The notes under the pieces were generated by a model. It saw only the letters and a program-made list of their open reading frames with translations, was not told the DNA's origin and searched no databases. From NCBI GenBank assembly GCA_034667725.1, contig JAXDQS010000003.1, positions 288,001-352,000 on the forward strand: 64,000 bases of DNA, in the 5' to 3' direction. This DNA is from Thermoplasmata archaeon. GTDB lineage: Archaea > Thermoplasmatota > E2 > JACPAO01 > JAHFTW01. Within the stretch, counting starts at the first letter, position 1, and each line of letters starts with the position of its first letter. A program made the translations under genes and the position numbers. This document shows positions 20,911-29,876 of the stretch, piece after piece.

Positions 20911-21585
20911 CTAGGGCATCCACCGCACCACCCTCATCCTCCCCCGCGCCGCGCACGCCGCCACGATGCGCTCCGCCCACGCCAGTTTCCTCGGCTTCGT
21001 CGTGGGGTCCCAGTCATGCGAATACGGCCCGGGCAGGCGATCAAAGTCGAACCCGAACAGCCGGACCTCCAACGCGCCGACGGCTTCGCACAGCAGCACG
21101 GCGCGGTCGCCGTCGGTGAAGCCGCCGAGGTTCCGCAAGGGCTCAAGCTCCGGCGTCGGCTCGACCTGGTGGGTGCCGTAGCCGGCGGCCAACTTGGGCG
21201 CGAGGTCCCGGATGCGCGTCCGGTTGTCGCCGTGCGCGTGCACCACCATGTGCGCGCCGGCCTGCGCCGCCCATGCCAAGTCCTCGGGGGCGCCGTCGAG
21301 GTCGGTGACGACGACGTGCGGCACCAGGCCTTGCTGGCGGAGCCAGGTGCAGGCGCCGTCGGCGGCCACCACGACCTTGCCGGCAAGCTGGCTGGCGGGC
21401 ACTTGGTCGAGGCTGGGCCCGCAGCCGAGGACGGCGACGTTGCGGCGGTTCCGGAGCTCGACGCCGAGCATCCGCCAGTGCTGGGGGCGCAACGCGGCCT
21501 TCAACTCCAGGGCGGCGGCACGGTCGGCCGCTTCGTCGTAGCCGAACTCGGCGCGGATGGCGTCCCAGTCGGCCGTGCTGGTCAT
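20911..21585 (-). CDS. mptE: 6-hydroxymethyl-7,8-dihydropterin pyrophosphokinase (MptE/DUF115 family)
   Basis: FGY....DR.AA, VAADGA, VVTDLDG, VHAHGDN, NLGGFTDGDRA, GFDF and KLAWA motifs. ATGA overlap with the DUF373 stop. Confidence 0.85.
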   Translation of the reverse strand: MTSTADWDAIRAEFGYDEAADRAAALELKAALRPQHWRMLGVELRNRRNVAVLGCGPSLDQVPASQLAGKVVVAADGACTWLRQQGLVPHVVVTDLDGAPEDLAWAAQAGAHMVVHAHGDNRTRIRDLAPKLAAGYGTHQVEPTPELEPLRNLGGFTDGDRAVLLCEAVGALEVRLFGFDFDRLPGPYSHDWDPTTKPRKLAWAERIVAACAARGRMRVVRWMP

Positions 21586-22703
21586 GGGCGGGGGCGGGCG
21601 GCGGTGCTGAAGCTGCGGATGTAGCGGTGCACGAGGATGCCGCCCATGCCCACGACGAGGCCGGCCATGAACTGGACGAAGCGCGGGAAGGTGACGAGGT
21701 GGTAGATGTCGCGGGCTTCGAGGTAGTCGACGGCGACGTCGGCGGCGACGGTGCCCATGAGGCCGATGGCGATGAGGGTGAAGGCGGCGGTCCAGTGGCC
21801 GATGCCGGCGCGGCCGTGGCGGACCCAGGCGTCGAACAGGCCGCCCGCGATGCGGACCAAGAGGGCGCTCACGAGGTAGGGCAGGAACGCCTGGGTGAAC
21901 ACGGTGGCTTCCAGGAGGGCGATGTTGCGCACGAAGACGTTGGGGGGCAGGCGGTGGTCCTGGACGGCGCCGATGGCGGCCAGCGCGCCCACGAACAGCA
22001 GGACGAGCATGAGGCCGGTGGCGAACAGCGTGAGCTTGCCGGAGCGCAGCGCGCGCCCCATGTCGTGCATGGTCTGCTTCACCTTCTCCTCCCACTTCAT
22101 GGCGTGCATCAGGAGCCAGAAGCCGAAGACCGCAAGGGTCGCGCCCCAGGCGTAGGTCTGGAGGTTGACGAGGTAGGCGATGCCCCACAGCATCAGGATG
22201 ATCCCGAACGGCAGCACGAACCGCTTGGCCTGCTTCTCGTCGTCCAGGATCCGCGTCAGCACGTAGTAGAAGCCCTCCAGCCGCGGCGCCTGCTTGACGA
22301 CGCTGCGGTGGACGTGCACCACCTTCGTGCGCGACTGGAGGATCGGGAGGATCTGCTCGTCCTCGGCGCCGTCGGACACCAGCACGACCTCGTCGGGGCG
22401 CACCGCGGCCAGCACCTGCTCCAGCTCCGCCGCCATCTTGCGGTCGGCGCGGATGCCCATCGCCTTGTCGCCCGCCACGGCGGCGACCTCGACCGGGGCC
22501 CCGCCGCGCTTGGCGTCGGCCAGCTCGCGGTCGTAGAGGTGCACCGCGGCCAGCAGGGCGTTGGTGTCCGAGTCCTCCGGGTCCGCGAGGCCCAGCGCCA
22601 TCGCGGCGTCCAAGGCGCGGCGGCGGCCGATGACGGGGGTGACGACGCCGGCCTTGACGCCCAGGTCGTCGTCGCGGTCCACGCACAGGATGAGGGTCTT
22701 CAC
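21582..22703 (-). CDS. DUF373 family archaeal membrane protein
   Basis: LILCVDRDDDLG.KAG, DPEDSDTN, VSDGAEDE and VVKQ motifs followed by several TM helices. GTG start inferred (ATG at 22736 is an alternative). Confidence 0.88.
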   Translation of the reverse strand: MKTLILCVDRDDDLGVKAGVVTPVIGRRRALDAAMALGLADPEDSDTNALLAAVHLYDRELADAKRGGAPVEVAAVAGDKAMGIRADRKMAAELEQVLAAVRPDEVVLVSDGAEDEQILPILQSRTKVVHVHRSVVKQAPRLEGFYYVLTRILDDEKQAKRFVLPFGIILMLWGIAYLVNLQTYAWGATLAVFGFWLLMHAMKWEEKVKQTMHDMGRALRSGKLTLFATGLMLVLLFVGALAAIGAVQDHRLPPNVFVRNIALLEATVFTQAFLPYLVSALLVRIAGGLFDAWVRHGRAGIGHWTAAFTLIAIGLMGTVAADVAVDYLEARDIYHLVTFPRFVQFMAGLVVGMGGILVHRYIRSFSTAARPRP

Positions 22704-22801
22704 GGGAGGCAGGGGGAAGTGCGGCTCCCCGTTCATAAAGCGACGCAGGCGGCTTGCTTCGGCACGAAACACCCATAGCGACCCCGCAAGTCCCCCGCCC
22801 A

Positions 22802-24448
22802 ATGGCCCCGCGCCCCGCCGTCGCGACCCCGAAGACCCCGCTGCGCGCCAAGTCGTGGCGCACCGAGGCCATCCTGCGGATGCTGGAGAACAACCTGCAC
22901 AACGCCGAGGACCCCGACAAGCTGGTCGTCTACGGCGGCACCGGGAAGGCGGCCCGCAACCCCGAGTCGCTCGCGGCCATCAAGAAGGCCCTGAAGGCGC
23001 TCGGCGACGACGAGACCCTGCTCATCCAGTCCGGCAAGCCGGTCGCGGTGTTCCCCACCTGGCCCCAGGCGCCCCGCGTCCTCATCGCCAACTCCCACCT
23101 GGTCCCGCACTGGTCGAACTGGACCGAGTTCAACCGGCTGGAGGCGGAGGGCCTCACGATGTACGGCCAGATGACGGCGGGCTCGTGGTGCTATATCGGC
23201 ACGCAGGGCATCATCCAGGGCACCTACGAGACCTTCGCCGCCGCGGCGCAGGCCCACTTCAAGGCCAGCCTTGCAGGCCGCGTCGTGCTCACCGGCGGCC
23301 TCGGCGGCATGGGCGGCGCGCAGCCGCTCGCTGTCACGATGAACGGCGGCGTCTGCCTCGCCGTCGAGGTGGACCCGGCCCGGGCGCGGCGCCGCCTCGA
23401 CGCCGGCTTCCTGGACATCATCGTCGACGACCTCGACCTTGCGCGCGACCTTGCCGAGCAGGCGGCCGCCAGCGGCACGCCGCGCAGCATCGGCCTCATC
23501 GCCAACGCGGCCGAGGCGTTCCCCGCGCTGCTGCGGGCGGGCTTCAAGCCGGACCTGGTGACCGACCAGACCTCGGCGCATGACCCGTTGAACGGCTACG
23601 TGCCCGCCGGCCTGACCATCACGGCCGCCGCCGCGCTCCGGAAGAAGTCGCCGGCCGCCTACACCAAGCGGGCCCATGCCTCGATGGCGGCGCAGGTGCA
23701 GGCGATGGTCGGCTTCGCCAAGAAGGGCAGCCACGTCTTCGACTACGGCAACAACATCCGCGAAGGCGCCCGGCTCGGCGGATTGGACCGCAAGGTGGCG
23801 TTCTCGTTCCCCGGCTTCGTGCCCGCCTACATCCGCCCGATGTTCTGCGAAGGCCGCGGGCCGTTCCGCTGGTTGAGCCTCCAGAACCGCCCCGCCGACA
23901 TCCGCCGCACCGAGGCGCTGGTGCGCGCGATGTTCCCCGACAACCGGACGCTCACGAACTGGCTCGACCTCGCCGAGAAGCACCTTCCGTGGGAAGGCCT
24001 GGCCGCCCGTGTCTGCTGGCTTGGCATGGGGGAGCGCGACCGCTTCGCCCTCGCCATCAACGACCTGGTGCGCGCTGGCGAGATCGGCCCCATCGCGGTC
24101 ACGCGCGACCACCTCGACTGCGGCAGCGTTGCCTCCCCTTACCGCGAGACCGAGGGCATGAAGGACGGCAGCGACGCCATCGCCGACTGGCCGATCCTCA
24201 ACGCCATGCTCAACGTCGCCGCCGGCGCCGACTCGGTCCACCTGCACAACGGCGGCGGCGTCGGCATCGGCTACTCCACCCACGCCGGCGTCGTCGTGGT
24301 GCTCGACGGCTCCGACCTGGCCGCCGCCAAGGCCGAACGGGTGTTCCGCGCCGACCCGGGCATGGGCATCGTGCGGCACGTGGACGCGGGCTACGACGCC
24401 GCCCGCAAAGTCGCTAAGAAGACCGGGGTCCGCACTCCGCTCATGTAA
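22802..24448 (+). CDS. hutU: urocanate hydratase
   Basis: LVVYGGTGKAAR, MYGQMTAGSWCYIGTQGI, GLGGMGGAQP, TDQTSAHD, FDYGN and RDHLD motifs. Confidence 0.97.
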   Translation: MAPRPAVATPKTPLRAKSWRTEAILRMLENNLHNAEDPDKLVVYGGTGKAARNPESLAAIKKALKALGDDETLLIQSGKPVAVFPTWPQAPRVLIANSHLVPHWSNWTEFNRLEAEGLTMYGQMTAGSWCYIGTQGIIQGTYETFAAAAQAHFKASLAGRVVLTGGLGGMGGAQPLAVTMNGGVCLAVEVDPARARRRLDAGFLDIIVDDLDLARDLAEQAAASGTPRSIGLIANAAEAFPALLRAGFKPDLVTDQTSAHDPLNGYVPAGLTITAAAALRKKSPAAYTKRAHASMAAQVQAMVGFAKKGSHVFDYGNNIREGARLGGLDRKVAFSFPGFVPAYIRPMFCEGRGPFRWLSLQNRPADIRRTEALVRAMFPDNRTLTNWLDLAEKHLPWEGLAARVCWLGMGERDRFALAINDLVRAGEIGPIAVTRDHLDCGSVASPYRETEGMKDGSDAIADWPILNAMLNVAAGADSVHLHNGGGVGIGYSTHAGVVVVLDGSDLAAAKAERVFRADPGMGIVRHVDAGYDAARKVAKKTGVRTPLM

Positions 24449-24452
24449 GGCC

Positions 24453-24797
24453 TCATCCCGCCGGCCGCAGCGTCTTGCCCTTCTGCTCGCGCTGCACGCC
24501 CACCGCCCACGCCGCGTACTCCTCGCTTCCCTCCACCATCCAGGCCTCGATGCACGGCAACTGGTACGGGTGGGCCTTGCGGAGGTAGCGCCGCGTCTCC
24601 TCGACCACGTCGCCCGTGGTGCGCGCCTCCAGCAGCCACTCGGTCTCCTCGCACGCCTCGCCCTCCCACATGTAGGTGGACGTGACCTCCTGCACGTGGA
24701 CGCACGCCGCCAGGCCTGACTCCGCCAGGTCGCGCGCCAGTTCGGCCGCCAGGCTGCCGTCGGCGAAGGTCGTGCGCACCAGCCACATCCGCTGCAT
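24453..24797 (-). CDS. cutA: divalent-cation tolerance protein CutA
   Basis: LAAC, S.Y.WEG and HPY.LPCI motifs; about 114 aa. Confidence 0.88.
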   Translation of the reverse strand: MQRMWLVRTTFADGSLAAELARDLAESGLAACVHVQEVTSTYMWEGEACEETEWLLEARTTGDVVEETRRYLRKAHPYQLPCIEAWMVEGSEEYAAWAVGVQREQKGKTLRPAG

Positions 24798-24857
24798 GGC
24801 GCCCCGGATGCTGCAAGCCAAGAAACCTTATGCCAAACCGGTTCGTGGAACAACCGC

Positions 24858-26276
24858 TTGGACATCGGCATCTACGTCGCCTTGGGCCTCCTGGCGGTGT
24901 ACCTCCTCTTCGTGTACTGGGTCATCCGCACCGGCAAGCTGGAGAAGTGGAACCTCAGCCTGATGCTCGGCGTCGTGCTGATGGTGCGCACCGAGCGCGG
25001 CCGCGGCCTCCTCACCGCCATCGCCCGCCCCCGCCGCTTCTGGAACGTCGTCGGCGACCTCGGCATCGTCCTCACCCTGGGCGGCATGCTGGTGATCACG
25101 TTCTTCTTCCTCTGGTCGGTGTGGTTCGTCCTCCAGCCCGGTTCCGGCGTGCCCGCCCTCGGCGCCTCCGAAATCCTCGTCATCCCCGGCGTCAACCCCT
25201 TCGTGCCGCTCTGGTACGGCCTCGCCGCCCTCGCCTTCACGCTCGTCGTCCACGAGGCCGGCCACGGCGTCTTGGCCCGCGCCAACGGGATGCGCGTCAA
25301 GTCCATCGGCCTCCTCATCGCCGTCGTCCCCGTCGGCGCCTTCGTCGAGCCCGACGACCTGGACCTGAAGGTCGCCAGCCGCCGCGCCCGATTGCGGGTC
25401 TTCGGCGCCGGCCCCGCCGTCAACCTCGGCTTCGCCGCCCTCGCGCTGGCCGCGTTCGCCCTCCTGGTCGGCGCCGCGACGCCCACCCCGGGCGCCCATG
25501 TGGCGCAGCTGGTGCAGGACGCGCCCAGCATGAAGGCCGGCCTCGCGGTCGGCGACACCATCGTGCTCGCCGACGCCCAGCCGGTGCGCGACTGGACCGC
25601 GTTCCAAGGCGTCCTCAACCGCTCCACGCCCGGCCAGGAGCTGCACCTCACCCTCGCCGATGGCGGCGTGCGCACCGCCACCCTGGCCAGCTACTGGGCC
25701 CAGCTCTCCAGCCGCGACAAGGACAACGTCACCGCCGGCACGCCCGCGGGCATGACGACCTGCCGCGCCCGGCTGGAGCCCGACCCCGCCACCGGCGACG
25801 AGTGCGCCACCCGCCTCCAGGCGCAGGCCTACATCGGCATCGTGCCCCTGCTGCCGCAGCACACCGCCTTCCTGTCCGACCCCTTCGTCGGCGGCGGCCG
25901 CGGCCTGCTGAACATGATGTCGCTCCCGGTGGCCGAGGTGCGCGGCAACGCCCCGTACCTCTCGACCTACCTGCCCGCGTTCCACGACGCCCCGTTCGAG
26001 CCGGCCCTGTTCTGGGGCCTGGTGTCGCTGGCGTTCTGGATCTTCTGGATCAACCTCATGGTCGGCCTCACCAACATCCTGCCGATGCTGCCCCTGGACG
26101 GCGGGCACATCTTCCGCGACGCCGTCGGCGGCGTCGTGCAGCGGTTGCGCCCAGGGCTGGCGGCCGAGACGCGGGAACGGATGGTCGGCCGGTTCGCCAC
26201 CGGCATGAGCCTGCTGATCCTGGGCGCGTTCCTGCTGCAGATCCTGGGGCCGCACCTGGTGCAGTCGTTCGTGTAG
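24858..26276 (+). CDS. site-2 intramembrane metalloprotease (M50) with PDZ domain
   Basis: HEAGH, GAFVEPD, AGPAVN and NILPMLPLDGG motifs; PDZ-like 'PS.KAGL.VGD.I' insert. Confidence 0.92.
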   Translation: MDIGIYVALGLLAVYLLFVYWVIRTGKLEKWNLSLMLGVVLMVRTERGRGLLTAIARPRRFWNVVGDLGIVLTLGGMLVITFFFLWSVWFVLQPGSGVPALGASEILVIPGVNPFVPLWYGLAALAFTLVVHEAGHGVLARANGMRVKSIGLLIAVVPVGAFVEPDDLDLKVASRRARLRVFGAGPAVNLGFAALALAAFALLVGAATPTPGAHVAQLVQDAPSMKAGLAVGDTIVLADAQPVRDWTAFQGVLNRSTPGQELHLTLADGGVRTATLASYWAQLSSRDKDNVTAGTPAGMTTCRARLEPDPATGDECATRLQAQAYIGIVPLLPQHTAFLSDPFVGGGRGLLNMMSLPVAEVRGNAPYLSTYLPAFHDAPFEPALFWGLVSLAFWIFWINLMVGLTNILPMLPLDGGHIFRDAVGGVVQRLRPGLAAETRERMVGRFATGMSLLILGAFLLQILGPHLVQSFV

Positions 26277-26343
26277 GCCGCCGTTCCCGGAAGGGCGCGG
26301 TCGAAGCCCTCTTATCAACCCAGGCCTGCGCCTCATCCCGGAC

Positions 26344-27687
26344 ATGGCCGTCTCGCTCGACCGCGTCAAGATCCCGGAGCTCCAGCCCGAGCTTCGCGTG
26401 AAGACCTACGACGAGGCCGTCCTCGGCTACTCCCGCAAGCTCGCGATCGAGGAGGCCGCGCGCTGCATCGACTGCAAGACCAAGCCCTGCACCTACGCCT
26501 GCCCCGCCCTCACGCGGGCGCCGGAGTACATCCAGGCCATCGCCGCCGGCGACTTCGACAAGTCCCTCGCCATCGCGCTCGAGACCTACCCGCTGCCCGG
26601 CACCTTGGGCCGCACCTGCTTCCACCCGTGCGAGGACTCCTGCGTCGTCGGCTTCAAGGGCGAGCCGGTCGCCATCTGCGCCCTCAAGCGCGCCGCCTTC
26701 GACTACGGCCAATGGCCCGAGATCCAGCCGCCCGCGCCCACGGGCCGCAAGGTCGCCGTCGTCGGCTCCGGCCCCGCCGGCCTCCAGGTCGCCTACGACC
26801 TTGCCCGCCAGGGCCACGCCGTCACCGTCCACGAGGCGCTGCCGAAGCTGGGCGGGATGCTCACCGTCGGCATCCCCGAATACCGCCTGCCGCGCGACGT
26901 GGTGGACCGCGAGGTCGCGAAGCTCCAGGAGTGGGGCGTGCGTTTCGAGAAGGAGTGGCGCCTTGGCGAGGGTGGGCACACGCTGGACGCCCTCCTGGCC
27001 GCCAACGACCTGGTGTTCCTCGGCGTCGGCTGCCACAGCCCGAAGGCGATCCGCGTCCCCGGCGAGGACTCCAAGGGCGTCACGCACGCCGTCGACTGGC
27101 TGCGCCGCCTGGAGCTGGGCGAGCGCCACGACCTCGCGGGCCAGCGCATCGTCATCATCGGCGGCGGCTCGACCGCGATGGACGTTGCCCGCAACGCCAT
27201 CCGGCTGGGCGCCCGCAGCGTCCACATCGTCTACCGTCGCGGTCGCCGCGAGATGACGGCTTCCCCCGAGGAGGTCGTGCAGGCGCGCGACGAGCGCATC
27301 AAGTTCCTCATGCTCGCCAACCCCGTGCGCATCGTGACGCGCGAGGACGGCAACGTCAAGGCGGTCGAGTGCATCCAGATGGAGATGGGGGCCGCCGACA
27401 AGGCCGGCCGCCGCAGCCCCGAGCCCATCCCCGAGTCCGAGTTCCTGCTGGCCGCCGACCAGGTGGTGCTCGCCGTCGGCCAGAACCCGAGCCTGCTGCA
27501 CGACGCCGTCAAGGGCCAGGTCACGCTCTCCAAGTGGGGCGACATCGTGGTGGACGCCGACTGCCGCACCAGCCACGCGCGCATCTACGCCGCCGGCGAC
27601 ATCGCCTTGGGTCCGTCGAGCATCATCGAGGCCATCGCCCAGGCCCGCAAGGCCGCCCAGTCGATGCAGCGCGCCCTTGCCCGGTGA
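26344..27687 (+). CDS. FAD/NAD(P)-dependent Fe-S oxidoreductase, GltD/SudA/NfnB-like
   Basis: EAARCIDC..KPC..ACP and GRTC..PCE..C Fe-S motifs; GSGPAG and GGGSTAMD dinucleotide motifs; YRRG; AAGD. Confidence 0.9.
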   Translation: MAVSLDRVKIPELQPELRVKTYDEAVLGYSRKLAIEEAARCIDCKTKPCTYACPALTRAPEYIQAIAAGDFDKSLAIALETYPLPGTLGRTCFHPCEDSCVVGFKGEPVAICALKRAAFDYGQWPEIQPPAPTGRKVAVVGSGPAGLQVAYDLARQGHAVTVHEALPKLGGMLTVGIPEYRLPRDVVDREVAKLQEWGVRFEKEWRLGEGGHTLDALLAANDLVFLGVGCHSPKAIRVPGEDSKGVTHAVDWLRRLELGERHDLAGQRIVIIGGGSTAMDVARNAIRLGARSVHIVYRRGRREMTASPEEVVQARDERIKFLMLANPVRIVTREDGNVKAVECIQMEMGAADKAGRRSPEPIPESEFLLAADQVVLAVGQNPSLLHDAVKGQVTLSKWGDIVVDADCRTSHARIYAAGDIALGPSSIIEAIAQARKAAQSMQRALAR

Positions 27688-27691
27688 CCCG

Positions 27692-28039
27692 ATGCGCCTG
27701 CCCGACGTGAGCGGCCAGGTCCCGACCCACCGCATGGCCGTCGCCCGCGGCACCCTGCACGCCGACGTCGACCCCGCCCGCGTCCCCGCCGCCCAGGCCG
27801 CCGCCCTCCTGGCCGTCAAGCACGCCGCCACCCTCCAGCCGGACGCGGTGCCGTTCCAGCTCACCGACGCGTTCTGCGACGTCGCGCACGGCACCGCCAC
27901 CGTGACCGTCCAAGGCATGGCGCGGACGCCGATCGGGCACGCGGCGCTGGCGGGCGTGGCGGCGGCGCTGGTGGCGCTGGCGGGTCCTGCGGGCGAGGGC
28001 CGGATGGAGCTGGCGATCGTGCAGAACGTCGAGCACTAG
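27692..28039 (+). CDS. short, degenerate MoaC-like protein
   Basis: N-terminus DVSG...T.R.A.A.G and 'A..AVK' resemble MoaC, but the LIPLCHP and GVEMEAL catalytic motifs are absent. Confidence 0.4.
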   Translation: MRLPDVSGQVPTHRMAVARGTLHADVDPARVPAAQAAALLAVKHAATLQPDAVPFQLTDAFCDVAHGTATVTVQGMARTPIGHAALAGVAAALVALAGPAGEGRMELAIVQNVEH

Positions 28040-28040
28040 G

Positions 28041-28976
28041 CTAGGATTTCCCGCCCGCTTCCTCGATCGCCCGCATCACGGTGACCGCCTGCCGCTTGAG
28101 GTCGGCCTTCACCTGGTCGTAGACCTCGACCGGCATCTCGTTGTTCTGGCGGGCCACCTCGACCTCCTTGAGGGCGGCGACCAGGGCGCGCTTCTTGCCC
28201 TCCAGCACGGGGACCGGCTCGGCCTTGGCGACCTCGACGTGGGCGGCGGTGGCGACGACCTGGCGGCGGCTGCGGGCCTGCACCATGCCGCGCGAGACCA
28301 GCAGGGCCCACAGCAGCGCGCCCAGCACCAGGGCGCCGACGAGCCACGGCAGCATCTGGCCCAAGGTCGGGGCGCCGGCAGGTGCCGTGACGGTCGTGGT
28401 GGTGGCGGTGCCGCCCGGGGCGCCGCCGGCCGGATGGAGGGTGACCCAGAAGGGCATGGGGAACGGATGCTCGGCGGAGGCGGCGTGGACCTGGATGGTG
28501 CAGGGCGCGCCGCCGGTGCAGGGGAGGGTCTGGGTGACGGGGACCGGCGTGTCGAGGGCGGCGCCGTTGGGGACGTAGAAGATGGCGATGGCCTGGGCGC
28601 CGAAGTTGGGGTTCTCCAGCTCGAAGCCGTAGGTGCGGCCGCCGAACGCCTGGTTGGTGGTCACGAACAGGGTGTGCGCGCCGGCGGTGAGGTTGAAGAC
28701 CACTTGCTGCCCGGCGTTGAAGCCGGCTTGATGGGTGGCGGTCTCGGCCCGGACGACGGCGGACCCGCGCGGGATGGGGACGAAAATCTGCTGGGCGGCG
28801 GTCAGGTTGAGCTCGATGCGCTGCTCCAGGCTGAACCCGCTGGCCGGCTCCGCCGTGGCGGTGGACGGGATGTCGCCGATGGCCCCGCGCAGCTGGTAAG
28901 GCTGGCTGAAGTCCATCTGGGCCTGGGCGGCAGGGAGCAGGACGAGGACGAGCAGCACGGTCGTCAGGACGCGCAT
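28041..28976 (-). CDS. type I membrane protein (signal peptide, extracellular beta domain, TM, cytoplasmic helical tail)
   Basis: MRVLTTVLLVLVLLPAAQA signal, Thr-rich linker, TM (WLVGALVLGALLWALLV), then a 'K.AL..ALKE.E.....E.Y..' helical tail. A TATA-like element lies about 25 nt upstream. Confidence 0.75.
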   Translation of the reverse strand: MRVLTTVLLVLVLLPAAQAQMDFSQPYQLRGAIGDIPSTATAEPASGFSLEQRIELNLTAAQQIFVPIPRGSAVVRAETATHQAGFNAGQQVVFNLTAGAHTLFVTTNQAFGGRTYGFELENPNFGAQAIAIFYVPNGAALDTPVPVTQTLPCTGGAPCTIQVHAASAEHPFPMPFWVTLHPAGGAPGGTATTTTVTAPAGAPTLGQMLPWLVGALVLGALLWALLVSRGMVQARSRRQVVATAAHVEVAKAEPVPVLEGKKRALVAALKEVEVARQNNEMPVEVYDQVKADLKRQAVTVMRAIEEAGGKS

Positions 28977-29020
28977 CGGGACGCGGCCAAGGGGGGGACC
29001 GATAAAAGGGCGGCTAGGGG

Positions 29021-29824
29021 TCAGGCGCCCAGCTCGGCCGACCGCCTGGCGGCCGCCTCGACCGCGTCCATCAGGATGGCCTGGAAGCCTTCCCGCCGCA
29101 GCACATGAAGCGCCGCGATGGCGGTGCCGCCGGGGCTCGTGACCTGGTCCTTCAAGGCGGCGGGATGCAGGTGCGAGTCCTGCGCCAGGCGGGCGGAGCC
29201 GATGACGGTCTGGACCGCGAGCCGGCTGGCCACGTCGCGCGACAGGCCGACCTTGACGCCGGCGTCGGCGAGCCCCTCGACCAGGTGGAACACGTACATC
29301 GGCCCGGTGCCGGACAGGCCCGTGACGGCGTCCATCAGCTTCTCGGGGACCTCCTCGACGACGCCGACGGCCTCGAACACGCTGCGGGCGAGGGCGAGGT
29401 GCTCGCGGGTGGCGTGGGCGCCGGGGCTCATGGCGGTGGCGCCGAGGCCGACGGTGCAGGCCAGGTTGGGCATGGTGCGCACCACCGGGAGGCCCGGGAG
29501 TGCTGCCTCGATGCGGGCGGTGGCGAAGCCGGCGGCCATCGACACCACGAGCGGGTGGCCGTCGAGCTCGGTGGCGATGCGCGGCAGCACCTCGGGCAGG
29601 ATTTGGGGCTTGACGCCGAGCAGCACGACGTCGGCGCCCGCCAGCGCCTTGCCGAGGTCGCTGCCCACCTGGAAGCCGGCCTGCTTGGCGATGGCGGCGG
29701 CGCGGTCGCGGCGGGGGTGGTAGCCGGCCACCTTGTCCTTCGTCGTCCACTTCGAGGCCAGGAGGCCGCGCACGACGGCGGTCGCCATGTTGCCGGGGCC
29801 GACGACGGCCAGGCGGCGGGTCAT
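29021..29824 (-). CDS. proC: pyrroline-5-carboxylate reductase
   Basis: G.GNMA, VKPQ, RTMPN, TGLSGTGP and VTSPGGT motifs. Confidence 0.95.
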   Translation of the reverse strand: MTRRLAVVGPGNMATAVVRGLLASKWTTKDKVAGYHPRRDRAAAIAKQAGFQVGSDLGKALAGADVVLLGVKPQILPEVLPRIATELDGHPLVVSMAAGFATARIEAALPGLPVVRTMPNLACTVGLGATAMSPGAHATREHLALARSVFEAVGVVEEVPEKLMDAVTGLSGTGPMYVFHLVEGLADAGVKVGLSRDVASRLAVQTVIGSARLAQDSHLHPAALKDQVTSPGGTAIAALHVLRREGFQAILMDAVEAAARRSAELGA

Positions 29825-29847
29825 GCCCGGGCCATCCGGCCGGCAGG

Positions 29848-29854
29848 CTTGAAG
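29848..29854. promoter_or_regulatory. putative bidirectional TATA-like box (CTTGAAG) between proC and coaD-yjjX
   Basis: Near-palindromic AT-rich heptamer 23-24 nt from both divergent start codons in a 52-nt GC-rich gap. Confidence 0.5.
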
Positions 29855-29876
29855 CCGACCCCGCCGGTCGGAGGCC

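Noticed and set aside
26344-27687. Glutamate synthase small subunit (gltD) assignment
   Set aside because: No large subunit is adjacent, and the family includes Nfn/Sud/PreT, so the symbol was withheld.
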